From: Vulcanimicrobiota bacterium
GTDB taxonomy: Bacteria; Vulcanimicrobiota; Vulcanimicrobiia; Vulcanimicrobiales; Vulcanimicrobiaceae
Assembly (NCBI GenBank): GCA_963820185.1
Contig: CAWFYV010000003.1
Span: 365,706 to 429,705 of the forward strand
Direction of reading: 5' to 3'
Length of the DNA stretch: 64,000 nt
How positions within the stretch are numbered: the stretch's first letter is position 1; every line of letters starts with the position of its first letter. The notes under the pieces were generated by a model that was not told the DNA's origin, searched no databases, and saw only the letters and a program-made list of their open reading frames with translations. Made by a program: the position numbers and the translations under genes. Positions 34,526-43,941 of the stretch are shown piece after piece.

Positions 34526-34547
34526 GTATAAGGCGCTTCGGCCGAGC

Positions 34548-35093
34548 CTACGACGCCTTTTTTGCGGTCTTCTTTGCCGAGCCGTTGCCGTTGCTGATCC
34601 CGTCGATCTTGTACTTCACTACACCGCGCGGGGTGGAGACGTCGACGGTCTCGCCTTTCTTGTGGCCGAGCAAAGCGCGACCGAGCGGCGATTCGTTGGA
34701 AATGCGCTTCGCCGACGGATCGGCCTCAGCCGAGCCCACGATGTGAAATTCGTAGCTCTCGTTGTTCTTGAGCTCTTTGACCTTGACGGTCGCGCCGATG
34801 TGCACTTCGTCGGTCGTAAACTCCGACTCGTCGATGAGCCGCGAGTTGCGAATCATGGCCTCGAGCTTGAGGATGCGCCCCTCGATGAACGCCTGCTCTT
34901 GCTTGGCGTCCTCGTATTCGGCGTTTTCACTCAGGTCGCCGTACTCTTTGGCCTGACGAATGCGGTCGTTGACCTCTTTGCGATGGACCGTCTTGAGCTC
35001 GTCGAGCTCTTCCTGGAGCTTTTGCAGCCCCTCGGCGGTCAGGATGATCTCTTTGTCGTTCAAGGATAGACCCAGCGACCCCGTAGCAAACAT
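34548..35093 (-). CDS. greA: transcription elongation factor GreA
   Basis: LTAEGLQKLQEELDELK...EYGDLSENAEYEDAKQEQAFIEGRILKLE. Trimmed to ATG 35093. Confidence 0.9.
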   Translation of the reverse strand: MFATGSLGLSLNDKEIILTAEGLQKLQEELDELKTVHRKEVNDRIRQAKEYGDLSENAEYEDAKQEQAFIEGRILKLEAMIRNSRLIDESEFTTDEVHIGATVKVKELKNNESYEFHIVGSAEADPSAKRISNESPLGRALLGHKKGETVDVSTPRGVVKYKIDGISNGNGSAKKTAKKAS

Positions 35094-35166
35094 AATTTTT
35101 GCGCCCGGTGAGGACGCTGGCGCGGTTTGTTTGGGGGACCCCAACCGTTCCCCTTCCTCCGGTGGC

Positions 35167-36498
35167 CTATCGTCGCGCCGGCCGGCCGCGCCAGAGCGCA
35201 AATGGTATACCCAAGACGACGCCCGCGCAAGCGTAGGCCTGCAGCATGCGGTTTTCGACCGCCACGGTTGCTACCAGGACACCCAAGAGCGCGAACGCTC
35301 CCACGAGCGGCACAAGCACCCCGCCAAGCCGCGCTGCTGGTTCGCCCCAGAAACGGCGGGCCGCGGCGGCGGCCGAGAGCACGAACAAGAGTCCCAGAAA
35401 GACGGAGCTGGCATTGAGTACGAGCGTCAACTGGGCGGCCGCGCTCGTCGAAAAGCCCGTTACGAGTTCGCACAGCGTGACCAGCACGCTCACCGCAAGC
35501 ATCGACCACAGCGGCTCGTCGCGCCTATCGAGCGCGCCAAGGACGCGCGGCAAGACCCCGTCGCGACCCATCGCGTACACCGAACGCGAGAGGTACAAAA
35601 TGGTCGTCCATAACGTCGAGAGGGTCGAAAGCAGCACCGTCACGACGATCGCCACCCGCCAGGCACCGTTCCCGAGCAGCGTGCCGACATACGCGAGCGC
35701 ATCGGCCTGGTTGTCGGCAAAACCTTGGAGTGAGCCAAGGTGCAAAAACGCGTACATGCACGCGACGAGCACGACGGTCGAGATCAGCAAGCCCGCAATG
35801 CCGCCGCGTCCTGATGCGGTCGCCGTGTCCTTGACCTCCTCGCTGGTGGACGCGCTGACTTCCCACCCGTCGCTCATCCACACCGCGAGCGTCATTGCCG
35901 TGACGAATCCGCTGATACCAAACGCCGCCGGCAACGGCGTCGACGTTACCGTCACGGGTGAAGTCACCGGCGCATGCAACGCCGCAGCGACCGCGGCAGC
36001 GACCAACACGCCGAGTTCGAGCGCGAGGGCGAGGAACGTTACGAGCGCGGTTGGACGCACGCCCGCGTAGAGCAGCGCCGCACTCGCAACGATCCAGATA
36101 GCGCCGATACCCGCCGTCCAGAGTGGATCTTGCACGTGTGACGGCGCAACGAGTGCCAGCGTGTAGATGCCCGCGGGTATGGCGGTCGCCATCGTCGCGA
36201 AGAAATTCGAGAGTAAGAGCAACCACGCGCCATACGCGCCCGCGTGCGGACCAAACGCCATGCGAATCCACGCGTACGACGAACCGGCATTGGGTGCGAC
36301 GCGCGAGAGAAACGCAAATGCAACCGCGATGCACAACATGATCGCCGAGAGCACGATCAGCGCTAGCGGCGCACCGTAACCGGCAGCAAAGACCATCGGG
36401 CCCATCGTGGACGCGAGCGAATATGCCGGGCCCATCGATGCCGACGCCAGCACCGAGATGTCGAAGAAGCGGAGGACGCGCGGCAGGCGACGCGTCAA
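35167..36498 (-). CDS. APC superfamily amino acid/polyamine permease
   Basis: 12-TM profile; FFDISVLASASMGPAYSLAST...NAGSSYAWI. TTG at 36498 overlaps the upstream TGA (TTGA). Confidence 0.8.
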   Translation of the reverse strand: MTRRLPRVLRFFDISVLASASMGPAYSLASTMGPMVFAAGYGAPLALIVLSAIMLCIAVAFAFLSRVAPNAGSSYAWIRMAFGPHAGAYGAWLLLLSNFFATMATAIPAGIYTLALVAPSHVQDPLWTAGIGAIWIVASAALLYAGVRPTALVTFLALALELGVLVAAAVAAALHAPVTSPVTVTSTPLPAAFGISGFVTAMTLAVWMSDGWEVSASTSEEVKDTATASGRGGIAGLLISTVVLVACMYAFLHLGSLQGFADNQADALAYVGTLLGNGAWRVAIVVTVLLSTLSTLWTTILYLSRSVYAMGRDGVLPRVLGALDRRDEPLWSMLAVSVLVTLCELVTGFSTSAAAQLTLVLNASSVFLGLLFVLSAAAAARRFWGEPAARLGGVLVPLVGAFALLGVLVATVAVENRMLQAYACAGVVLGIPFALWRGRPARR

Positions 36499-37400
36499 CG
36501 CAGTGCGATCACCCGCGGGTGCAGATGCAGCTCGTGCAGCACGCGCTCGTAGTCGGCCGCGCTCACGTCTTCCCACTTCTTGCCGAGCAGCGCCAGCAGC
36601 GCGGCTTCGACGACGTTCGTACCGAACGAGCGTCCCTGAAAATCAGGCGTGGTCGTGATTAAGGTCTTCACACCGCGTTCGCGCAGCTCATCGACGTTGC
36701 GCTCGGTGACCGTATTGGTCAACACGATCTTGCCGTCGAGATGCTCCGGCATGAATTGGCGCATAAAGTGGAAGTCGCCGGCAATGATGTCGGCCTCTTC
36801 GTAGTACTGCGGATATTTTGGATCCGGCGCTTTCTCTTGCTTCTTGCCGGTCGGATAGAAGAATTGGAACGGCAACTTGCACGCGTCGGGCAGATACTTC
36901 TCGGCCATCACTTCGAACGTGTGCAGATCGCGCACGGCCATGTCTTTGTCGAGCGCGAAGATGAAGTCGCCGAAGAGCACGTCGGCACCGGCCTCGACGA
37001 ACGCCTGGGCCATGCCGAAGCGGTCGAGCGCGCTGACCATCAGCACGTGTTTGCCGCGCAGATCGATGCCAAGATCGTCTTGCATGTAGCGGATCGCTTC
37101 GCGCTCGAGCGTGTTCTTGAGGCCGCTGCCATCGACGACCGGCGTAACTTTTGCCGCGTGCAGTAGGCGTAGCCCGTCGCGCAACGCGTAGCGCTTCGAA
37201 CCGGCGTAGAGATAGACGTCGATGCCGCCGAGGCCGATCGCGTCGACTGTGCCGTCGAGCTCCGCAACGCGCGCGATCGCTTTATCGAGCTTGCCATCCA
37301 CGCCTTCACGCGTGATATCGAACGTCTCGCCGAGCAGCTCGACGACCGCGTGATGATCGCGCGTCGAGGAGCCAAGCGAAACCGAAACGATGCGCTTCAC
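36495..37400 (-). CDS. uncharacterised conserved protein (family often annotated quinate 5-dehydrogenase-like)
   Basis: 301 aa from GTG 37400, which overlaps the Aar-like stop (GTGA). VKRIVSVSLGSSTRDHH...IGLGGIDVYL...TTTPDFQGRSFGTNVVEAAL. Family name is from memory, not verified. Confidence 0.45.
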   Translation of the reverse strand: MKRIVSVSLGSSTRDHHAVVELLGETFDITREGVDGKLDKAIARVAELDGTVDAIGLGGIDVYLYAGSKRYALRDGLRLLHAAKVTPVVDGSGLKNTLEREAIRYMQDDLGIDLRGKHVLMVSALDRFGMAQAFVEAGADVLFGDFIFALDKDMAVRDLHTFEVMAEKYLPDACKLPFQFFYPTGKKQEKAPDPKYPQYYEEADIIAGDFHFMRQFMPEHLDGKIVLTNTVTERNVDELRERGVKTLITTTPDFQGRSFGTNVVEAALLALLGKKWEDVSAADYERVLHELHLHPRVIALR

Positions 37401-38537
37401 TTTGTCATCCCGAGCGCAGGCGCCGCAGCGCCGTAGTCGAGGGACCGACGCAACGTTGCAGCTTCTCTCGTCGCGGCAATCTTCTCCGGCGTAATCGCCG
37501 TGTCGAAGGCGCGCATGTCGGCAAGCGTAAAGCCGCAGCGTGTTGCCATCTGCTTCGATCTCGATCACTTTGTTGACGTCGATACCGCGGCCGAGCGTGT
37601 AACACTCGGCGCGGTTCTCGAGCGCGAGCACCATCGTCTCGCTCATGCACGCAAGCGCCGTGCGCGGCGGAAGATTCAAATCGAATTCCAGACCCGGTTC
37701 GCGCACGCGGTCGAAAAACGGGTTGCCGGGCACGACCATGTTGCCGCCCTCGGTCACGAGCACGTCGGGACGTTCGAGCGCGACGCGCCGGCTCACGTCG
37801 TGCGGGAGCGAGAGCTCGCAGACGACCGCACCCGGCACGAGATCCTCGGGCTGGATGACGTCTTGCGTCGACGACGTCGCGGTGAGAATCAACTGCGAGC
37901 GGCGCACCGCATCGGAGATGTCGACCGTAAATGAAAGCTCGCAGGGCAATTCGATCTTCATTTGTTCGTAGAATTTCTGCAACCGCGTCTGGTTGCGGGC
38001 CACCAGCACGATGTGTTTCACGTGCGGCGCGATCAGCTTCACGCACGCGCCGCCGATCGATCCGGTTGCGCCGATGATTGCGACGGTTGCCGATGCGGGA
38101 TCAACGTTCATCTCGCGCGCGCCGCGGAAAAAACTTTGAATGCCCGCTGCGATCGTGAGCGAGTTCCCGGTCGTCACCGGAATCGGCGAGCGCTCCGCAA
38201 CGGTAATACCGCCATCACCAACGACACCGGTAAATGCACCGAGGCCCGCAACCTCGGCGCCAAGCTCTGCGCCGATCTCGATTGCGCGCACGATGCGCTT
38301 GTAGACCTCCTCGCGCGGAAACTCCATCATCTGTTCAGGCAAAAGCGGTGCGGTCACGAACCAGCCTTCGGTTTCGCGCCCGTCGGGCGTGCGGACGCCG
38401 GTGATGTGCACCGTGGCCCACGGTGGCATCCATTCCATGATCTTCCGAACGATTGGCGCGCCTTTGCCCGCCGCACCCGGTTCGTACCGCGCGACGTCTT
38501 CGAGCGAGAGCGGATGAATCACAAAACAGAACTTCAC
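37397..38537 (-). pseudogene. acyl-ACP reductase (Aar)-like NAD(P)-binding oxidoreductase, frame broken near 37550
   Basis: MKFCFVIHPLSLEDV..., GLGAFTGVVGDGG, TTGNSLT, ATVAIIGATGSIGGAC, LVARNQTRL resemble cyanobacterial Aar. After VIEIEA the sense continues in another frame as MATRCGFTLADMRAF...GMTK-stop. The 680-aa track ORF is a read-through artefact joining two genes. Confidence 0.6.
37404..37445. repeat. REP-like imperfect palindromic repeat, copy 2
   Basis: GTCATCCCGAGCGCAGGCGCCGCAGCGCCGTAGTCGAGGGAC. Lies inside the last codons of the Aar-like gene (translated as ...SLDYGAAAPALGMTK on the minus strand). Confidence 0.55.
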
Positions 38538-38968
38538 TGTTCTGCTTGTACCTTCAACGCTTTGAGCATCATCTCGCTGTTCTCGAGCACTTTCTTCTGC
38601 AGCGTAGGGCCGATCAGTTCGGCCAGCGTCGGCACCCCGAAATCATACTCCACGGTCAGGAGCACGTGCGTCAAGCCGTCGCGCTCTTCGAAGGTCCACG
38701 CACCCTCGAAGGTGTCGAGGTCGCCCTCCAGGAGCGCGTAGTCGATACGCAACGCACCGTCGTCGAAGCGGTCTTCTTCCGTCCATTCGATCGGTGCCTC
38801 TTCGACCAACGTCTTCCAGCGCGAGATCACGCGGTCGACGTGGCGCTCGAGCACCTTCACGGTCTCGACGTCGGGCATGAATTCGGGAAAGCGCTCCTGA
38901 TCTTTGGCAAGTTCGTAGACGGCGCGAGCGGGAGCGGCGATCGCGATGCGGGATTCGACATAGGGCAT
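38534..38968 (-). CDS. SRPBCC (START/polyketide cyclase-dehydrase-like) family protein
   Basis: 144 aa from ATG 38968. MPYVESRIAIAAPARAVYELAKDQERFPEFMPDVETVKV...GAWTFEE. Confidence 0.7.
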   Translation of the reverse strand: MPYVESRIAIAAPARAVYELAKDQERFPEFMPDVETVKVLERHVDRVISRWKTLVEEAPIEWTEEDRFDDGALRIDYALLEGDLDTFEGAWTFEERDGLTHVLLTVEYDFGVPTLAELIGPTLQKKVLENSEMMLKALKVQAEQ

Positions 38969-38970
38969 TT

Positions 38971-40230
38971 TTACAAGCGCCCGAGCTTCTCGGCGGCGGC
39001 CTCCACCCCTGCGGAGAACGCCGAGAGCGCGATATCCACTTCGCCCTCGCTCACGATCAGCGGTGGCTCGAGGCGAATCACGCGCTGCTGGTTGAGCGTC
39101 CACGCCGCGGTCACGCCGGCTTTGAGCATCTCGGGAATGATCCAGCCGCCGTAGCCCTCGTTGGTCAGTTCGACACCGACGAGCAAGCCAAGACCACGGG
39201 CCTCACGGATCACCTGCGGATACTCGAGCGCGAGCGTCTTACAACCATCGAGCAGCTGCTCACCGCGCGCACGTGCGTTCGCGACGAGATCGTCGTCGAG
39301 TAAGACCTCGAGCGCCGCGAGCGCCGCAGCGCACGCGATCTCACTTCCGCCAAAGGTCGAGGTGTGAATCAGCGGCTGTTTTGCATACGCACGATTCCAC
39401 GCATCGGGTCGCGCGATGTAGGCGCCGACCGGAATGATGCCGCCCGAGAGTCCTTTGGCAAGTGCCATGACGTCGGGCACCACGCCGTCGCGTTCGCAGG
39501 CGAAGAGATACCCGCAGCGTCCAAGTCCGGTTTGTACTTCATCGGCGATCAACAGCGCACCGGCGCGGTCGCACGCCTCGCGGGCCGCTCGCAAGTAGCC
39601 GGCGGGCGGCACGTTGACGCCACCCTCGCCTTGCACCGGCTCGACCACGAATGCCGCGGCGTCAAGCAATGCGCCGTCGAGGACCGCCGGGTTTCCGAAC
39701 GGTACGTGCGCGACGTCGGCGATCAATGGCGCAAACGGCGTTTGAAAGGTCGCGCGCCCGCTGATCGAAAGCGCGCCAAGCGTCTTGCCGTGATAGGCGT
39801 CGTGCGTTGCGACGATCTTGGCGCGGCCGGTAGCCGCACGCGCGAGCTTGATCGCGCCTTCGAGTGCTTCGGCGCCGCTGTTGCACCAGAACGAGTATTG
39901 CAGATCGCCGGGCGCGATCTGCGCAAGGCGCTTCGCTGCGCGGCCGAGCACGATATTGAACATCGTCTTGCCCGAGAGCGACATTGACTTCATTTGCTCG
40001 CGCACCGCCGCGATCACCCGCGGGTGCGAATGTCCAAGCGTGAAGACGCCGTAGCCGCCGGCGAAATCGAGATAGGCCTTCCCGTTTTGATCCCAGATTG
40101 TCGTACCGGACGCGCGCACCTCGACCGGCGAACCCGAGAGCTTCATCACGCGCGCAAGCGGCGGGTTGATAAAGTTCTTATAGTTTTCGAAGGCTTCGGT
40201 GGCGAGATCGCTCTCGGTCTTCGTACTCAC
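38971..40230 (-). CDS. class III PLP-dependent aminotransferase (putrescine/acetylornithine aminotransferase-like)
   Basis: LDFAGGYGVFTLGHSHP, SGAEALEGAIKLAR, LLIADEVQTGLGRCG, PDVMALAKGLSGG (PLP lysine), TSTFGG. Confidence 0.85.
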   Translation of the reverse strand: MSTKTESDLATEAFENYKNFINPPLARVMKLSGSPVEVRASGTTIWDQNGKAYLDFAGGYGVFTLGHSHPRVIAAVREQMKSMSLSGKTMFNIVLGRAAKRLAQIAPGDLQYSFWCNSGAEALEGAIKLARAATGRAKIVATHDAYHGKTLGALSISGRATFQTPFAPLIADVAHVPFGNPAVLDGALLDAAAFVVEPVQGEGGVNVPPAGYLRAAREACDRAGALLIADEVQTGLGRCGYLFACERDGVVPDVMALAKGLSGGIIPVGAYIARPDAWNRAYAKQPLIHTSTFGGSEIACAAALAALEVLLDDDLVANARARGEQLLDGCKTLALEYPQVIREARGLGLLVGVELTNEGYGGWIIPEMLKAGVTAAWTLNQQRVIRLEPPLIVSEGEVDIALSAFSAGVEAAAEKLGRL

Positions 40231-40919
40231 GCGGACACCAGTTCTATGCCGAGCGGGGGATACCCAAGAGATTTCCCGACCGTATCTCCATACAATGCAG
40301 TCATTACAACCGGCGCCGCATGCGAATCGAGGTACGGCTCAACGGCAGCGCGATATGCGGCATCTTCGTACGGCGATACCTCGCCCGCGAAACGCTGCGT
40401 GCGAATCGCGCGGTCCAGAATCTCGCGCAGCGTGCGCACGGGACCGCGCCTGCGCTCGTCAATCGTGCGGTAGACGGATTCAAACGCCCGCCGTCGCAAG
40501 AGTTGCGGCGTCGGTTCCTCGGCCGTCCAAATCACGACAGTCGCCCATGCGTGTGCGACTTCGTATTTGTTCTCGTACCGGTGTGCAAACTCGGAGAACG
40601 CGCGATTCGTCCAGCCCCCCTTGGCATCGTCCATCAACACGAGCAGTACGTTGAGCGTATCGTCGCCATCGAGGCGAGACGCCGCGTCAGTTGCGGCCGC
40701 AAAGACCTGGTCTTCAGCGCTCATCGCGAGCAGCGTATCAACGTAGGCAAGTGCATGCTCTTTCGCCATCGGATTGAGCTTCGAAAGCGGCAACGCCTCG
40801 GTGCCGGTATCTACGCGGACAAGGTTTAGGTATGCCTGGAAGCGCTCGAACGTACGCGGCATTTGGTACAGCGTTCGCACCTTCTCGAGGCAACGATACG
40901 GTTTGATCCCGATCGCCAT
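40227..40919 (-). CDS. hypothetical protein
   Basis: 230 aa from ATG 40919, 1 nt after the dus stop. Its stop codon overlaps the start of the downstream aminotransferase gene. No family recognised. Confidence 0.5.
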   Translation of the reverse strand: MAIGIKPYRCLEKVRTLYQMPRTFERFQAYLNLVRVDTGTEALPLSKLNPMAKEHALAYVDTLLAMSAEDQVFAAATDAASRLDGDDTLNVLLVLMDDAKGGWTNRAFSEFAHRYENKYEVAHAWATVVIWTAEEPTPQLLRRRAFESVYRTIDERRRGPVRTLREILDRAIRTQRFAGEVSPYEDAAYRAAVEPYLDSHAAPVVMTALYGDTVGKSLGYPPLGIELVSA

Positions 40920-40920
40920 G

Positions 40921-41928
40921 TCAAGCTGCAACCATCGGCGACGCTTCGACGCGCACGACGGTCTCCTCGATGACGGCGATCGCTTCGGTCGCGGAATCGA
41001 CGTGCATGATGCGTTCGCGTAACATCGCTGCACCCGGAATGCCTTTTAGATAGAGCGCGACGTGTTTACGCATCTGCGGTACTGCGCGGGCCTCGCCGAG
41101 TTCATCGACCATCGCGCGATAGTGCACGATGCAGTAGCGCAACCGATCGCCGGCCGAGGGCAGCGGCCGCATCTCGCGTCCTTCCATCAAATCGGCAATC
41201 TGCGCAATAAGCCAAGGATTGCCCAGCGTCGCGCGGCCGAGCATGATTGCATCAACACCGCTGTCGCGCATACGCTGCATCGCGACGTGCGCATCGTCGA
41301 GATCGCCGTTGCCGATCACCGGGATGCCGATCGCTTCTTTGAGGCGCGCGATATGCGCCCAATCCGCGCTGCCTTTGTAGAACTGCTTCGCGGTGCGCGC
41401 GTGCAGTGTGACAGCTTGCACGCCGACCGCTTGCGCGCGTTTAGCCACGTCGATGTAGACGAGATCGCTCTCGCTCCAGCCCAGACGCATCTTCATCGTG
41501 ACCGGACAATCGACCGCGTCGACGACGGCTTGCATGATCGCTTCGCAGCGGCCGACGTCGCGCAGACAGGCCGAACCGCCGTTGGTCTTGGTGACTTTTG
41601 GCGCGGGACAGCCGAAGTTAATGTCCACGATGTCGGCGCCGCATTCGCGTACGATTTTCGCCGCGGCAGCCATCGTCGCGGGGTCGTCGCCCCACAACTG
41701 CGTCGAGACCGGTTTCTCGAGCCCGTGCTGATCGATCATCTCCATCGTGCGCTTGTTGCTGAACTTGAGCGCATTCGACGAGACGAATTCGGTCACGGTC
41801 AGGCCGAGCCCAAAGGGCTTATAGAGCGCGCGCATCGTCCGGTTGGTAACGCCGGACATTGGCGCGAGCACGAGCGGAGGCCAAATCTGATGGCTGCCGA
41901 TCCGCAGCGCGGGCACAGTAGGGGGCAT
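40921..41928 (-). CDS. dus: tRNA-dihydrouridine synthase (DusB-like)
   Basis: LAPMSGVTNRTMR, QLWGDDP, DINFGCPAPKV, MKMRLGW, HARTAKQFY. Confidence 0.9.
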   Translation of the reverse strand: MPPTVPALRIGSHQIWPPLVLAPMSGVTNRTMRALYKPFGLGLTVTEFVSSNALKFSNKRTMEMIDQHGLEKPVSTQLWGDDPATMAAAAKIVRECGADIVDINFGCPAPKVTKTNGGSACLRDVGRCEAIMQAVVDAVDCPVTMKMRLGWSESDLVYIDVAKRAQAVGVQAVTLHARTAKQFYKGSADWAHIARLKEAIGIPVIGNGDLDDAHVAMQRMRDSGVDAIMLGRATLGNPWLIAQIADLMEGREMRPLPSAGDRLRYCIVHYRAMVDELGEARAVPQMRKHVALYLKGIPGAAMLRERIMHVDSATEAIAVIEETVVRVEASPMVAA

Positions 41929-41965
41929 GGCGCCCCCTACTATACCAGAGGCCTAGCCTAGCGGG

Positions 41966-43084
41966 CTACCAGTATTTGGAACAGGCCGCACCGCTGGAAT
42001 TGCAGACCGCGACCCAGCCCACGTACGGCCATGAGCCGGTGTCGTCTTCGGTCCAGTCGATGCCCTGGCTGCTGGAGTTATCGTAGTAGTAGCGGCCTTG
42101 CACGTAGACGTAATCGCCTACCGCAACCCAGGGCCACGTTGTCGGTGGCTTGTCGGTCGAGGCTTCGGCCATTGCGTCGAGATTGGAAACGATTTCGATC
42201 GTGCCCGAGCTCGAGCCCGGGATGGAGACGTAGAAATAGCCGTGATGTCCGCTGCTCGTGTCCTTTTCCGGCAGCACGGACGTGACTTGGCCGCAAACGT
42301 CGACCAGTTGATCCGCCGAGATCGATCCGCTCGCGAACTCGTTTTGATCGGTGATAAATCCGGCATCATTACACGGATAGGGCGAACTCGACGGCGCGGC
42401 CGTGGGTGAGGCCGTCGGTGATGCCGTCGCGGACGACGTCGGCGTTGGCGATGGCGATGGCGACGCGCTCGACGAACCCGTCAGCGAAACGTCGTCGAGA
42501 TACTCATAGACGTAGTCCTTGGCGTAGCCGTTGCCTTTGACGCCGAAATACAACTGCACGGTTTGACCCGCGTAGCTGCTAAGACTGAACGACTTTTGCA
42601 CCCAGCCGCTCGTGGTCTTGGCTTCCTTATACAGCTGGGTGAGGACGGACCCGCTCGTGTTCTCGACGTCGGCCTCTTGATCGACGTAGGAAATCGTATC
42701 CGTCGTGCCTTCGTAGACCCAGAACGTCAGCGTGCCGCCGGCCGGCACGGTCACGGTTTGGCAAACGCCCGCGCTGCCGTTGACTTCGGGCTTAGCAGTG
42801 GTGCCAAGCAACACGCTGTAGGTTCCGCTGTGTGCTTGTGCAGACGTCACGCTGACGTTGCTCGCAGTACCGCACGATGTCCAAGGAGAGAGCGAGCCCG
42901 TCTCAAACCCCGGATTGCTCACCACATTACTCGGCGCGCTTGTCGCCGCAGCTCGCGCGACCGGTCTACTCGCGTCTTGTGCATAAGTTGGCGTTCCCGG
43001 AGTGATGTTTGTGGTACCCGTACCACTACAGGCGTAAAGGGCAAGCGCAACGAGCGCACCCGCAGCAAATACACGCTTGTGCAA
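41966..43084 (-). CDS. secreted lipoprotein with CBM4/9-like carbohydrate-binding module, Ser/Pro/Thr linker and DUF3465-like C-domain
   Basis: Lipobox LALYAC, NVVSNPGFETGSLSPWTSCG, linker SSSASPSPSPTPTSSATASPTASPTAAPSSSP, C-terminal GIDWTEDDTGSWPYVGW. GGAGGA SD before the second TTG (43084). Confidence 0.5.
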   Translation of the reverse strand: MHKRVFAAGALVALALYACSGTGTTNITPGTPTYAQDASRPVARAAATSAPSNVVSNPGFETGSLSPWTSCGTASNVSVTSAQAHSGTYSVLLGTTAKPEVNGSAGVCQTVTVPAGGTLTFWVYEGTTDTISYVDQEADVENTSGSVLTQLYKEAKTTSGWVQKSFSLSSYAGQTVQLYFGVKGNGYAKDYVYEYLDDVSLTGSSSASPSPSPTPTSSATASPTASPTAAPSSSPYPCNDAGFITDQNEFASGSISADQLVDVCGQVTSVLPEKDTSSGHHGYFYVSIPGSSSGTIEIVSNLDAMAEASTDKPPTTWPWVAVGDYVYVQGRYYYDNSSSQGIDWTEDDTGSWPYVGWVAVCNSSGAACSKYW

Positions 43085-43176
43085 ACTTTCCTCCAAACGA
43101 GAGCTAAGAGAAACGGCATCGCGATTGCAATGCCATCTCTCAAGTCTAACGTTGCGAAGTTAAGCCGCGATAAACG

Positions 43177-43941
43177 TTACTGTAACGCGAAGGCCCGCAA
43201 TCCGTAGAGGCTCAAGTGCGGGTCCACTGCCCCAATGACCGGCGCATTGGCCGCGATGACGTGGGCCAGGCCGCCGGTCGCAACGACCGGCGCGTCGACG
43301 CCAAGTTCGGCTCGCATGCGGGTCACGAGCGCTTCCGTTTGGCCGACAAAGCCGAAGATGATGCCGGCTTGCAGCGCCTCAATCGTGTTACGCCCGATTG
43401 CGTGCGCCGGCGCATCCAGCGCGATCTGCGGCAGTTTTGCGGTGCGCCCGACCAGTGCATCGATCGAGATGTTGATGCCGGGCGCGATCGCGACACCAAG
43501 GTATTCGCCTTGCGCCGAGATTGCCATGAAGACCGTAGCCGTGCCATAGCTGACCAGGATCAGCGGCGCACCATGGCGCTCTACGCCGCCGATCGCACAC
43601 GCGATAAGATCAGCGCCGACCTCGGCCGGGTGATGCGTCTTGACCTTTATGAGCCGTTGGTTTTCCGCGTGCAGTATCTGCGGCGTAACCCCAAAGAACT
43701 TCTGGGCAACTTCGGCCAACGTATGATCGAGACGCGGCACGACGCTCGCAATTGCGACCGCCTTGATTTGACTAGCTTTGACGCCGGCGGTCGCAAAGAG
43801 TTGCGTCACGAAGACACCATACTCGTCGGCGGTGCGCCGCGACTCGGTGGTCACGCGCCAATGGTACAGCAGTTCATCACCGGTGGTATTGAAGCAGCCG
43901 AGCTTGGTCTCGGTGTTGCCGACGTCGATCGCGAGTAACAT
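43177..43941 (-). CDS. coaX: type III pantothenate kinase
   Basis: MLLAIDVGNTETKLG..., GADLIA, ATGGLA. Confidence 0.9.
   Translation of the reverse strand: MLLAIDVGNTETKLGCFNTTGDELLYHWRVTTESRRTADEYGVFVTQLFATAGVKASQIKAVAIASVVPRLDHTLAEVAQKFFGVTPQILHAENQRLIKVKTHHPAEVGADLIACAIGGVERHGAPLILVSYGTATVFMAISAQGEYLGVAIAPGINISIDALVGRTAKLPQIALDAPAHAIGRNTIEALQAGIIFGFVGQTEALVTRMRAELGVDAPVVATGGLAHVIAANAPVIGAVDPHLSLYGLRAFALQ

Noticed and set aside
36495-38537. Single 680-aa fusion protein as given by the ORF track
   Set aside because: The linker (…GNTLRLYACRHARLRHGDYAGEDCRDERSCNVAS…) is junk-like. An alternative frame continues the Aar-like homology and stops at a TGA overlapping a GTG start. I interpret this as two genes plus a frame break.
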